Origin: an uncultured virus (IMG/VR IMGVR_UViG_3300038427_000461)
Taxonomy: Duplodnaviria; Heunggongvirae; Uroviricota; Caudoviricetes
Virus record (IMG/VR): IMGVR_UViG_3300038427_000461
Strand: one strand, 5' to 3'
DNA length: 60,965 nucleotides
Shown here: positions 27,765-37,212 of the stretch, piece by piece
How the letters are laid out: each line of letters opens with the position of its first letter
Numbering within the stretch: position 1 is the first letter of the stretch
Translations under genes and position numbers: made by a program
The notes under the pieces: generated by a model
What the model was told of the DNA's origin: nothing
What the model saw: the letters and a program-made list of their open reading frames with translations, nothing else
The model's database searches: none

Positions 27765-27934
27765 AGTTTCGCGTCTGGGCGGTCGTCCGCTTCGCGCTCG
27801 ACGTCGAGGTGGAGGCCAAGGACTCCGCCGAAGCCGAGCAGAAGGTCAAGGGCATGGACCCGATGGAGCTGGTGACGGACGCCGGCGACCCCGCGATCGA
27901 GATCGAAGACTGCCTCAAGGTCAGGCAGCCATGA
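27761..27934 (+). CDS. Small hypothetical protein
   Basis: ATGA overlaps at both ends. Confidence 0.5.
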   Translation: MKFRVWAVVRFALDVEVEAKDSAEAEQKVKGMDPMELVTDAGDPAIEIEDCLKVRQP

Positions 27935-30219
27935 AGGCCGAGATCGTCCCCGTCGCGCCGACCGAGGTGCCGTGCGCTGACCAGGTCGGCGGCGAGCAGC
28001 CCGACACCCCGAAGGTCGGCCGCTGGTACTGGGTGAAGAACGGCGAGCAGGGGGGCGCCTCGCTGGCGTGCGTGACGAAGCTCGGCTCGAACTACGTGGA
28101 GGTCACGTACGTCGAGAACGAGGCCACGCAGCGCCTGCACAACGACATCTTCTGGTCTGTCTGCGAGTTCGTCGAGGAGCCCGAGGCGCTCCTGCGCGGC
28201 AACGCGGAGAAGTGCCGGCGCGAGCTGGACGGCCTCATGGAGGAGGTGAAGCTCCTCACCTCGAAGCTCGGGGTGGCCCCGAGCCCGGAGCTGGGCACCG
28301 GCGGGGAGGTGGCGGCGCTGGCCCTGCGCACCGCCGAGCCCACGGAGACGTACAAGACTGCGCTCGTGCGGGCCAAGGACGAGACGCTCCCGGAGCTGTT
28401 CGAGAAGATCAAGGGCAAGAGCGAGGAGTACAAGTCCTGGCTGGCGGCCCAGGTCATCCCGATGAAGGCCGAGGCGAGCAAGCTCAAGCCCGCCATCCAG
28501 CGCGTCGAGGACCGCATCTTCTCCGTCGAGCTGTACGCGGGTCTCTGCGAGGAGGTGGAGCGCATCAAGGACGGCGACCCCGCCGAGCTGACCGAGCCGG
28601 TGCACCTCTTCCAGCGCCGGCTCTACATGGACGAGGAGTGCCTCGCGAACTACCGCACCGGCGGCATGGAGTTCAGGGACCTGCGCGCGTTCGACCGCTG
28701 GCTCTGCCGGAAGGACAACCTCGAGCGCGTCTTGCCGTTCCCGCGCGCGGTCGTCGCGTTCCGGGTGCGCCGGCACGACAAGGAGCGCGAGTTCGTCAAC
28801 CTCAGCGACTTCATCCGCATCATGGACCTGAAGGAGCTGGACAAGCTGACGTTCCTCTACATCCGCAACGGCGCGCAGGTGTACCGGCTGTCGACGAAAC
28901 TCGACTTCGGAGAGAAGCTCTTCCCGGACGTCGACCACCCCATCCTGTCGGCCGGCGAGGGGAAGCTCTACGCCAAGGGCCACGGCGACGACTTCAAGGT
29001 CATCGGTGAGAACGAGTACCAGGCGCTCGTGGAGCAGGACGAGCGAGCGGAGCGCGAGTACAAGCGGAAGGTCAAGGAGGAAGAGAAGAAGCCGAAGGCC
29101 GAGCGGATGTGGATCCCGAGCTTCTCGTACCACGACCGCGCGGCGCCGGAGTACGAGCCGTTCACCAAGGAGAGCGTCTATTACGACGACATCGCGCGGC
29201 GGATCGCGCGGCAGATGGAGCACCACAACCGCATCGTGCTCGTACTCCAGGGGCTGCTCGACCGATCGCCCGCGCTGCACCCGCACCCGCCCTGGCGGAT
29301 CTACGCGCCGGACGGGTTCGCGCAGGCGCTGCGCCTGCACCGCGACTCGGACCGGGTACTCGTGGCCGGGGACAAGCCGGACTTCGAGGCGTACCGGGCG
29401 CGCGTGAACACGCTCATCGCCGTGGGCACGGTGACGGTCGGTCAAGAGGTCGCCTGGGAGCGGTTCGAGGCCAAGAAGGAGAACGCCCGGCGGGACGCCG
29501 ACTACCGCTGGAGACGGACCGAGTACCGGCCCGATCGGTTCCGGCCCGAGGGGGACCCGGGACCGGGGCGGTTCGCGCGGGTCGCGCGCCTCGACAAGGA
29601 GGGTCGCGCGCACTTCCGCTGGACGAAGGAGCGTAGGCATCGGGCGTACGCCCCCGCCGAGGGCCCCCCGGTCGGCCGGACGTACGGCTGCAAGCTGGAG
29701 CGCCTGTTCAACGTGGACGGCTACCAGGCCGGCGACTACAAGCAGTTCTTCGCGGACCCGCGGACCCGCGCGGAGTACCTCCGGTGGGCGCCGCTGCTCC
29801 TCTCGGCCGAGGAGTACAAGGCCGGTCGGTACGGCGAGGCTGCACCGATCACGGAGCTGCCGAAGCCGGCGCCCAGGCCCCCGGCGACGGGAGAGTACGC
29901 GCTCCGCAAGATGTACCAAGCCCTGCTCGGCAAGGCGGTTCGCCTGGTGCGACCGATCACCACCAAGGGCGGCAGCACGTACAAGCGGGGGTCGCTCTGG
30001 CGGGTGACGTGCCTGGAGCGACGCACCTTCTCGATCGACGGCATCGGCAAGGACGGCGCCGATGACGGGGAGGAGCGATCGGTCCGCTGCGTCTCGTGGC
30101 ACGACTTCGAGCCGGTGGCCGGGATCGCGGACGACCCGAGGTACGTCTACAAGCCGACGAAGCGCGTCAAGGTGCGGGACGACGATGATGAGGGGGAGGA
30201 GGAGGGTGACGATGAGTGA
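27931..30219 (+). CDS. Large hypothetical phage protein
   Basis: 762-aa ORF with strong GC3 bias; ELYAGL, QRRLYMDEE. Confidence 0.85.
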   Translation: MKAEIVPVAPTEVPCADQVGGEQPDTPKVGRWYWVKNGEQGGASLACVTKLGSNYVEVTYVENEATQRLHNDIFWSVCEFVEEPEALLRGNAEKCRRELDGLMEEVKLLTSKLGVAPSPELGTGGEVAALALRTAEPTETYKTALVRAKDETLPELFEKIKGKSEEYKSWLAAQVIPMKAEASKLKPAIQRVEDRIFSVELYAGLCEEVERIKDGDPAELTEPVHLFQRRLYMDEECLANYRTGGMEFRDLRAFDRWLCRKDNLERVLPFPRAVVAFRVRRHDKEREFVNLSDFIRIMDLKELDKLTFLYIRNGAQVYRLSTKLDFGEKLFPDVDHPILSAGEGKLYAKGHGDDFKVIGENEYQALVEQDERAEREYKRKVKEEEKKPKAERMWIPSFSYHDRAAPEYEPFTKESVYYDDIARRIARQMEHHNRIVLVLQGLLDRSPALHPHPPWRIYAPDGFAQALRLHRDSDRVLVAGDKPDFEAYRARVNTLIAVGTVTVGQEVAWERFEAKKENARRDADYRWRRTEYRPDRFRPEGDPGPGRFARVARLDKEGRAHFRWTKERRHRAYAPAEGPPVGRTYGCKLERLFNVDGYQAGDYKQFFADPRTRAEYLRWAPLLLSAEEYKAGRYGEAAPITELPKPAPRPPATGEYALRKMYQALLGKAVRLVRPITTKGGSTYKRGSLWRVTCLERRTFSIDGIGKDGADDGEERSVRCVSWHDFEPVAGIADDPRYVYKPTKRVKVRDDDDEGEEEGDDE

Positions 30220-30481
30220 TCAGAGATGCGCGGCGTGCGGGCTCTCGTTCGGGGTGAACGAGTTTCGCGCCATGCAGGGAGACGGTTCGGTCCTGCACGA
30301 CGAGACGCAGCCGCTCAGTATGCGGCGGTGCCGCGCCGCATTGCTCACGAAGCTGCGTGGAGAGCCGAATGACAACGCCGTCATCCTGGGACTCGACCCC
30401 AAGGAGTGCGACAGCATCTACCCACGCACGCGTGACGGCCGGTGCCAGGGGTGCGGCATCGTCGGCGAGCATCCCCGATGA
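30212..30481 (+). CDS. Hypothetical Cys-containing protein
   Basis: GGAGG RBS. Confidence 0.55.
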   Translation: MSDQRCAACGLSFGVNEFRAMQGDGSVLHDETQPLSMRRCRAALLTKLRGEPNDNAVILGLDPKECDSIYPRTRDGRCQGCGIVGEHPR

Positions 30482-30645
30482 AGCCGCGCACCTACCGCGA
30501 CTACCACCTCCTGGCCCGCGCGGTCGCCTGCCCCCGCTGCGGGGCCGCGAAGGAGACCAAGTGCTTCGGGTCGCGGCCGGGCACGCGCATCCAGAGCACC
30601 CACTACGCGCGCCGCGCGCTGGCGGCGGAGGCTAGGAGGGGCTGA
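30478..30645 (+). CDS. Small phage zinc-finger protein
   Basis: VACPRCGA..C..H..R. Confidence 0.6.
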   Translation: MKPRTYRDYHLLARAVACPRCGAAKETKCFGSRPGTRIQSTHYARRALAAEARRG

Positions 30646-30836
30646 TGGCGCACGTGTTCCTCACGATCGTCTTCCTCGGTTTGGCCCTGATGTTCATCCT
30701 GTACGGACCAGCCTTCCTGCGCGGATGCGACGCGCAGAGCGACGCGATGGCCTGCGTCTTCCTCTGCGCGGGTCAAGAGGGGACGCGCCCGACGCCGAAG
30801 TGCATCTGCGAGCCGTACGACGGAGGGACTCGATGA
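30645..30836 (+). CDS. Small membrane protein
   Basis: Hydrophobic N-terminus; GGAGG RBS. Confidence 0.55.
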   Translation: MAHVFLTIVFLGLALMFILYGPAFLRGCDAQSDAMACVFLCAGQEGTRPTPKCICEPYDGGTR

Positions 30837-32671
30837 TCGGCCCGCGCATCAAGAACCGCCACGAGCGACGGCAGCACCGCCGCGAGATCAAGGATCTGTC
30901 GGACCGGGCCAGCAAGCTGCACGAGGAGCTGCTGTCCAACGAGGCGCTGGTGCAGTCGATCGACGCTCAGATTGCCGAGCTGACTCCAGACACACTCCGG
31001 CTGATCGAGGAGTACGTCGACTCGCAGGCGAAGGTCTTCGACATCGACGACCACCGAGTGGCGACCGACCTCGAAGACCCGAGGCTCTCCGACCTGCTCG
31101 TGGCGTGCCACTGGCGCGGCGTGCAGACCGTCGAGCAGGCCAAGGAGGAGCTGCTCCAGGAGGTGGCCCGGCGCAGCGTCGGCAAGACGGACGTCGGCCT
31201 CTTGCTCACGTCCATCGACCACACCGCGTTCGTCTTGTGGGCGCGGCTTCCGGAAAGCCTCAAGCTCCTGCACGGAGAGGCACTCGTCGAGGCGTCGGTG
31301 GAGAGGCTCGTCTCCGAGGGCTTCGACTCCACGCTGATGAGGGACCCGAACTGGGACGCGATGCGCGATCGGTGGATCCGGCTCGGATGGCGCGGGGCCG
31401 ACGACGATACGTTCAATCAAGCGTTCATTCGAGCGGTCGCCGAGCGCGTCGCCTTGATCCATGACGCGGAGGGTGACGACGTCGTGCACGCCGGGCTCGT
31501 GCTCGACACGGTGATCGACGAGAAGCTGAAGAAGGCGCGTCCCGAGGCACGAGAGAAGATGATCGCGGCCTTCCAGGAGCGTTTGGATCGCGAGTACGAG
31601 GCGTTGGCGTCGAGTCGTATTGATAGCGCGGTCCGTGTCAATCGGGCCGTCGATGCGCTGAGCAAGCTACCACCAGACGAGGCTAGGTCACTCATCCTCA
31701 ATGAGATGGCGACGCGGCCGGAGGTGTCGCCGGGAATGGTGGTAGGTGAAGATGTCGACCCGGCCGACTTCACCAGCGACGGTGACTGGTGGAACGACTC
31801 GATCCCGTACTCCGACCACGAGTTGATGCGGCGCGGCCGGTCCCTCTGGGAGGCCAGCTACGCGCAGAGCATGACCGACGAAGACGTCCGGACGAACGTC
31901 GTCCGGTCGGACGCCGGCTTCCCGGCCGAACTGGTCCACTTCTCCGCGAAGTGGGCGGTGCACGCGTTCCAGCGGTTGATGACGAGCCACACCTTCGCCG
32001 CCGCGCTCATGTGCTCGGACGTCCAGCGGGACGTGCTCGTCGGCATCGAGAAGCAGTGGGACGCGTTCCTCGTGATCGTGCCGAACGGGATGCTGATCGC
32101 CGACCGATTCGAGTTCACACGCGTGATGATCGCGGTCTACGACTTCGGCGCGAGGATGCTGCTCGTGACGTCTGATCCGATGTCGAGACATCGCCGGTCG
32201 CCCGTGGGGCTCGTGGACGAAGCGCCCACCCTGGCCGACCTGCTCGTCAGTGAGGAGACCGATCTCGTCGCGGAGAGCCAGGCGGCTCGGTGCTTCGTGA
32301 TGGCCAAGCGCCTCGTGGCGGGCCTCCTGCTCAACCTCCAGCACGAAGCCGGGAACTTCCAGGTCAAGAGGGTCGAGGCTCGGCCGAAGAGCAAGAAGCG
32401 CGAGGCCGAGCCCGAGCACCGCATCGTGACCATCGGCAAGCCGCTGGAGATCGATTGCCGGGCGTCGGTCAAGGAGTACATCGAGCGCGGCAAGGTCGGT
32501 CGCAAGCACGGGGCCCCCACGGTGCAGGTGATGGTCCGTGGGCACTACACGCACCAGCCGTACGGCCCGCGCAGCTCGCTGCGCAAGGTGATATGGAAGC
32601 AGCCATTTTGGCGCGGGCCCGAGGCGGCGCTCATCCAGACGCGACCGAAGGTAGGAGGAGGCTCGAAATGA
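30833..32671 (+). CDS. Large hypothetical phage protein
   Basis: C-terminal VRGH..QPYGP..IWKQPFWRG motif. Confidence 0.8.
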   Translation: MIGPRIKNRHERRQHRREIKDLSDRASKLHEELLSNEALVQSIDAQIAELTPDTLRLIEEYVDSQAKVFDIDDHRVATDLEDPRLSDLLVACHWRGVQTVEQAKEELLQEVARRSVGKTDVGLLLTSIDHTAFVLWARLPESLKLLHGEALVEASVERLVSEGFDSTLMRDPNWDAMRDRWIRLGWRGADDDTFNQAFIRAVAERVALIHDAEGDDVVHAGLVLDTVIDEKLKKARPEAREKMIAAFQERLDREYEALASSRIDSAVRVNRAVDALSKLPPDEARSLILNEMATRPEVSPGMVVGEDVDPADFTSDGDWWNDSIPYSDHELMRRGRSLWEASYAQSMTDEDVRTNVVRSDAGFPAELVHFSAKWAVHAFQRLMTSHTFAAALMCSDVQRDVLVGIEKQWDAFLVIVPNGMLIADRFEFTRVMIAVYDFGARMLLVTSDPMSRHRRSPVGLVDEAPTLADLLVSEETDLVAESQAARCFVMAKRLVAGLLLNLQHEAGNFQVKRVEARPKSKKREAEPEHRIVTIGKPLEIDCRASVKEYIERGKVGRKHGAPTVQVMVRGHYTHQPYGPRSSLRKVIWKQPFWRGPEAALIQTRPKVGGGSK

Positions 32672-33078
32672 AACTGATTCTGCTAGTCGACGACGACCTC
32701 GACGTGCTGCGGAGCGAGGTGCGGCTGCTCCGCCAGATGCGACCCGACGACGCAGTCGTGTGCGCAGTCGACGGGCTGAGCGCGTGGGAGCTACTCAACC
32801 GAGCCGCTTACAATGATGCCGCTTCGCACGCGCCGTTGGCGCTCCCGGTGGACCTCGTCATCAGCGATTGGGAGATGCCACGCATGGACGGCCATGAGTT
32901 GTCCCAGCACGTACGCGACCGGTTCAAGAAGCTGCCGTTCGTGCTCATGTCCGGCAACCACTCGGGCCTCCGTAGCCTGGCTGACTGCTACGGACCGAGC
33001 GCGCTGATGGAGAAGCCGTTCACCCGCGAGGGCCTGCAGACGATCCTGACTCTCTGGCTCGACGGGAGCGCACCGTGA
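32668..33078 (+). CDS. Stand-alone response regulator receiver (CheY-like)
   Basis: ILLVDDD, VISDWEMPRMDG, LMSG, KPF. Confidence 0.9.
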   Translation: MKLILLVDDDLDVLRSEVRLLRQMRPDDAVVCAVDGLSAWELLNRAAYNDAASHAPLALPVDLVISDWEMPRMDGHELSQHVRDRFKKLPFVLMSGNHSGLRSLADCYGPSALMEKPFTREGLQTILTLWLDGSAP

Positions 33079-33437
33079 GCGAGATCGACGCAACGAAGGA
33101 GGGGAGCAGGGGCAATAAGCTGCACGTGTGGACCGCGGACCGGGAGGAGTGGGTCGTGGCCGAATCGGCGACTGACGCGTGCGCCGTCTACTGCGCGCAC
33201 GTCGGGTGCGAGCCGTCGGAGAACGCCGCGGAGGCGGACTGGGGCACTCACCCGGATCACTGGACGCCGCTTCCCGACGATGAGCCACTCCGGATCGGAG
33301 ACGAGTGTCCCGAGTGCCACAAGATAGGCGTGGGGTGCGTCCGCTGCAACAACACCGGGGTAATCCGGACGGTGCTCGCGTGCGAGCAGTACGTGCAGCG
33401 CGCGGGCAGGTCGTATATCGGGAGTGCTAACTACTGA
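33075..33437 (+). CDS. Hypothetical Cys-rich protein
   Basis: GTGA overlap. Confidence 0.55.
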   Translation: MSEIDATKEGSRGNKLHVWTADREEWVVAESATDACAVYCAHVGCEPSENAAEADWGTHPDHWTPLPDDEPLRIGDECPECHKIGVGCVRCNNTGVIRTVLACEQYVQRAGRSYIGSANY

Positions 33438-33454
33438 GGTTGAAGGGGATCGGG

Positions 33455-33712
33455 ATGAACACGTACCGCTGCGAGTACCCCTGCGGGTCGACCTTCGAGC
33501 ACCCCGAGTCGGAGGAGTGCTCGATGGTTGACGGGGGCTGCGAGCTGCTGATGAACGCCGGCTGGCGGCCGGTATGGGTGAAGGTGTCGCTGGAGTCGGC
33601 GTCCGGCGAGCAGAACCGGCACATCTTCTCGCGAGGGGGTTGGATCTGCCCCGCGTGCGTCCAGCGATTCGCCGCGCAGACCAAGCGGCACCGGCGCCGG
33701 AGGGCAGCGTGA
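33455..33712 (+). CDS. Hypothetical Cys-rich protein
   Basis: CEYPCG..CPAC. Confidence 0.55.
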   Translation: MNTYRCEYPCGSTFEHPESEECSMVDGGCELLMNAGWRPVWVKVSLESASGEQNRHIFSRGGWICPACVQRFAAQTKRHRRRRAA

Positions 33713-33855
33713 GCCCCTTCGTCCTCTGGCTGGACGAGACCCTCGGGCCGCCGTGGAGCGGTCTCGTCGTGCTCGCGATGATCGGGTCGCTGTCTGCGTT
33801 CGCGGCGTACGTGGCCGTCCAGACCATCCACTACGTCTACCGGGACAAGCCGTGA
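33709..33855 (+). CDS. Small membrane protein
   Basis: One TM helix; GTGA overlaps. Confidence 0.5.
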   Translation: MSPFVLWLDETLGPPWSGLVVLAMIGSLSAFAAYVAVQTIHYVYRDKP

Positions 33856-34241
33856 GTCGACGAGCGCACCACTGCGGCGGGTTCCGGACGGTGGAGAAGA
33901 ACGGGGTCATCGAGATCAAGGAGATCCGTGGACGAGCCTGTCGATCCGCCGATGGCCTCTGCGCGTGCTCGTGCGCTGCGTGCGTGCGAGCGCGCGAGTG
34001 CAAGCACGAGAACACGTTCCTGTCGTTTGGGTCGATGCGGCCGTTCCTGCCGGAGCTGCGGCTCGAGATGGGGCACGGCCGGGCCACGCGCGAGGACGGG
34101 ACCGCCTACGTGGGGCCGACCATGACGGCGCGACCGCGCGAGCCGGATGACCCGAAACCGAAGGCGGTCTCGTGGGAGTCGGAAATGTGCATCGCGTGCG
34201 GGATGCGGATCAGAGGGACGAGGCGCGAGGAGAAGGTATGA
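33852..34241 (+). CDS. Hypothetical Cys-rich protein
   Basis: Overlaps at both ends. Confidence 0.5.
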   Translation: MSRRAHHCGGFRTVEKNGVIEIKEIRGRACRSADGLCACSCAACVRARECKHENTFLSFGSMRPFLPELRLEMGHGRATREDGTAYVGPTMTARPREPDDPKPKAVSWESEMCIACGMRIRGTRREEKV

Positions 34242-35104
34242 AGATCATCGATCGCTGGACCATCGAGGGGCGCGGGATCGTGCTCGGGATCGACGCGCTG
34301 CCCGCCGAACTCGTGGAGGGGATGTCCGTGCGCCGGGTCGCTCCGGACCTCCGAAGTGGCGTCATCGAGCCGACCTGGCGGGTCGTCGGTATCGAGACGC
34401 TCGCGATGCCCAGGTCGCACACGAACGGTAAGGTCGCTGGCCTCCTCCTGGCTGGATCGACGCCGCTGCCGGAGGTCGGGACCGAGATCGAGATCGTGGC
34501 GGAGGAGTTCCAGACCAAACCTGGTCGCCCGTGGCTCGACAACGGCAAGCTCGTCCCCGAGCTGCACTCGGGCGGCTGGGAGTACGACCTCCGCGTCTGC
34601 ATCGGCACCACGAACGTCGTCGAGATCGACAAGTTCTACGGGCCGCTCGTCGCCCAGCCGGTGCGGGTGAGCCTCGACGGCGAGATGTGGGTCGTCGAGC
34701 GAATGGTCGATACGGAGGATCCCGAGCCGGGGACGAGTACGTGGGTCGAGGTCGCGCGCTTCCCGATCGACGGGGAGATTCCCTGGATGGTGAGGCTCGG
34801 GGTCATTCAGTATCGCGAGCGCGTGGAGCGGAAGCAGCGGTCGCAGCTCATGTGGGAGCGCGTGGCTAGCGAAGTGCATGAGTTCGACGTCGCCATCCTG
34901 GGCACGCGTTACGGTGGGGTCTACGAGGGCGGCAACTGGATCGCGTGGGTCGGTGACCTCGACTGGCTCGACGACTACCAGGCCGGCGACCTCGCGTGCC
35001 AGGCCTTCTTCGAGGACTACTCGGACGCTCCCATCGGTCGCGGGGAGACGCCGCAGGCGGCTCTCGACGATCTGCGGCGCCGTGTGGCACAAGGTCAGCC
35101 GTGA
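34238..35104 (+). CDS. Hypothetical multidomain protein
   Basis: GAGGAG RBS; ATGA overlap. Confidence 0.7.
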   Translation: MKIIDRWTIEGRGIVLGIDALPAELVEGMSVRRVAPDLRSGVIEPTWRVVGIETLAMPRSHTNGKVAGLLLAGSTPLPEVGTEIEIVAEEFQTKPGRPWLDNGKLVPELHSGGWEYDLRVCIGTTNVVEIDKFYGPLVAQPVRVSLDGEMWVVERMVDTEDPEPGTSTWVEVARFPIDGEIPWMVRLGVIQYRERVERKQRSQLMWERVASEVHEFDVAILGTRYGGVYEGGNWIAWVGDLDWLDDYQAGDLACQAFFEDYSDAPIGRGETPQAALDDLRRRVAQGQP

Positions 35105-35472
35105 GGCCTGAGCGAGCCGTGGGTGGTGAACTGATGCGCGGGCGAGAGCTGGACTTCGTACAGCGCGATGGCGACGCCGAGGTAACGACGCTCGCGAGCG
35201 ACGTCGCGGTCTCGAACATGGTCGTCACCAGTATCCGTTCGGTCGGCGTGCGGCGGCCGCGCGTGCGGCTCGGCAAGAAGGTGCTGCACCCGCGCGGCGT
35301 CATGTGGCTCGGGCGCGTGCACCTCCGGGCCGGTGACCGACTGAGCATCGAGTTCGCGGGTGACGGCCGCGTGAGCATCCACGGGTACCTCATTCCAAGA
35401 TGGATGGGGGGCGGCGAGGTGTCGCAGGCGTGGCGGAACTTCGTTCGAGACCTCGCGCAGGCGCCGCGATGA
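35101..35472 (+). CDS. Hypothetical protein
   Basis: GTGA/ATGA overlaps. Confidence 0.5.
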   Translation: MRPERAVGGELMRGRELDFVQRDGDAEVTTLASDVAVSNMVVTSIRSVGVRRPRVRLGKKVLHPRGVMWLGRVHLRAGDRLSIEFAGDGRVSIHGYLIPRWMGGGEVSQAWRNFVRDLAQAPR

Positions 35473-35903
35473 CCCAGCGCGACGACGACCTCCAGCTCCT
35501 CAATGAATTGCTGGACAAGCACCCGGACGAGCTGACCGACGTCGAGCTGGAAGCGTTCGCTGAGATGCGGTTCGACCTGCAGGCGTACGGCGGCATCCTC
35601 GGGCCCGAGTCGGCGAGCGGCCGGCGGTTCCAGCAGCTCACCGACAAGCAGCGCGCGTGGGCGGTGGGAGCCCACGAGCGCATCGCGGGCAAACCGTCGA
35701 CTCGGTTGACGGCCGGGGAGGTCCCGCGCGGCCGCGAGGTGCCGCTGCCGCCCGTCCTCCAGCACCTCCCCAAGCGGCCGCCACCGATGCCACGGCCGGT
35801 GTCGACGGGCCCAGCGCGCGCCAGCCGGCGGCACTGCGGCCGCGAGGGCGAGGGCTGCTACGCGTTCGTCAACGGGGATTGTACGTGCGAGTGCTGCGCT
35901 TGA
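35469..35903 (+). CDS. Hypothetical protein
   Basis: ATGA overlap; Cys-rich tail. Confidence 0.6.
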   Translation: MTQRDDDLQLLNELLDKHPDELTDVELEAFAEMRFDLQAYGGILGPESASGRRFQQLTDKQRAWAVGAHERIAGKPSTRLTAGEVPRGREVPLPPVLQHLPKRPPPMPRPVSTGPARASRRHCGREGEGCYAFVNGDCTCECCA

Positions 35904-35958
35904 CGGCATCTTTTGGCGGAGCATACTGTCGCCTCGCGCGGCACATGATTGTCATGTG
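35900..35958 (+). promoter_or_regulatory. Promoter plus palindromic operator candidate
   Basis: TTGACG-16-CATACT; CACATGA-ttg-TCATGTG at 35942-35958. Confidence 0.55.
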
Positions 35959-35992
35959 ATCGGAAAGGCTCGATCGGAAAAGGCGGTCGGAG

Positions 35993-36592
35993 ATGAGTGT
36001 TTACTTCGCGCAACGTAGACAGGGCGGTCTTGTCAAGATCGGATTCAGCCGTAGCGTCGTTAGTCGTCTTCGTTCGATGAAGATCAAGATGCTTGGCGCC
36101 GTCGCCGGCGATCTAGCAACTGAGAAGCTTTTTCATAAACGTTTTGCTCATCTGCGGATACGCGGTGAGTGGTTCAAGCCAGGGAACGACCTTCTGAGGT
36201 TTATTCAGACGGAAGCTCAGCGGCATAAACCAGACAGTCCACGTTCTCGCAATCGATATTCGTACACGCACATGATTCAACCTATATTCAAGACGCGCGC
36301 ATACGCTCAGTTGACTCCGGCCGAGTCGCTCCGGTTCGCTCGCGAGTTCAACGAGCTGAGTCAGCAGCAGCTCGCCGAGTTGTCCTGGATCCCGCAGCCC
36401 GCCATCTCCGCGATGGAGCGTGGGGATGTCCAGATTGGGGCTGATCGAGCGGCGCGCCTCGCACGAGTGCTTCAGGTTCATCCGGCGGTCATCCTGTATC
36501 CGAACTGGACGGACGACGCAGTAGCGCGAGAGCGACCGCGTCGTGACGCTGTCATCCGTGGATCGCGGAGGCGTGTGGTTAGCCGGCCGTGA
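35993..36592 (+). CDS. GIY-YIG (T5orf172/MUG113-like) nuclease fused to an XRE HTH
   Basis: VYF..VKIGFS..RL..EK.FH.RF..RIRGEWF; LRFAREFNELSQQQLAE..ISAMERG. Confidence 0.8.
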   Translation: MSVYFAQRRQGGLVKIGFSRSVVSRLRSMKIKMLGAVAGDLATEKLFHKRFAHLRIRGEWFKPGNDLLRFIQTEAQRHKPDSPRSRNRYSYTHMIQPIFKTRAYAQLTPAESLRFAREFNELSQQQLAELSWIPQPAISAMERGDVQIGADRAARLARVLQVHPAVILYPNWTDDAVARERPRRDAVIRGSRRRVVSRP

Positions 36593-36927
36593 ACCTGAAG
36601 CTATGCGAGAAGACGCTGCAGAAGCGGCTGGCGCACCTCCGGAAGCGGGTCGCCGAGTCGGACAGGGACCTGACGTTCGACAAGCAGGAGGCGTCCGCGC
36701 TGGAGTACGCGCTGAAGGTTCTGTCGGTGACCGCGGTGGCGGCTACCGACGACACGACCCTGGCGCTCGCCCGCACCGAGCTAGCTCCTCGATTCGCGGA
36801 GCGCCTCATGCTCGAGACGATCCGGCAGCGGCTCCTGTCGCGCGACTTCCACGGGTGGCTCAAGAGCAACCGGGTGGCGCTCATCCAGCAGATCGAGAAG
36901 GTGCTGGGGCGGACCGGGGCGGCATGA
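36589..36927 (+). CDS. Hypothetical protein
   Basis: GTGA/ATGA overlaps. Confidence 0.6.
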   Translation: MNLKLCEKTLQKRLAHLRKRVAESDRDLTFDKQEASALEYALKVLSVTAVAATDDTTLALARTELAPRFAERLMLETIRQRLLSRDFHGWLKSNRVALIQQIEKVLGRTGAA

Positions 36928-37148
36928 GCCACACCAAGGACCCCTTCCGGCGACGCTCGGAGGATCTCCAGGCGAAGAGGCCGCACGAGAAGAGGAAGCT
37001 CGTCTGCCTCGCGTGCGTGACGGGCGAGGACTTCGTGTTCGGCGGCGTGCATAGCGACCGGGCGTGCGCGCGGTGCGGCAAGGAGCCGCTCGGCGAGGGG
37101 GCGGTCGTCGCGTCGTCGCCGTGGGCGGGCGGGATCGCGTTCGGTTGA
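36924..37148 (+). CDS. Small CxxC-pair protein
   Basis: CLAC..CARCG. Confidence 0.55.
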   Translation: MSHTKDPFRRRSEDLQAKRPHEKRKLVCLACVTGEDFVFGGVHSDRACARCGKEPLGEGAVVASSPWAGGIAFG

Positions 37149-37211
37149 TGTACGGACGAAAAACGTACAACGTCACGAGCCCGTGACTGTTGTACGGACG
37201 AAAAACGTACA
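37149..37211. repeat. Two perfect 21-bp direct repeats around a palindromic 21-bp spacer
   Basis: TGTACGGACGAAAAACGTACA at 37149 and 37191; spacer contains GTCACG-agcc-CGTGAC. Confidence 0.9.
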
Positions 37212-37212
37212 G

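Noticed and set aside
37149..37211. Mini CRISPR array
   Set aside because: Only two 21-bp repeats, the 21-bp spacer is itself palindromic, and there is no cas operon or leader
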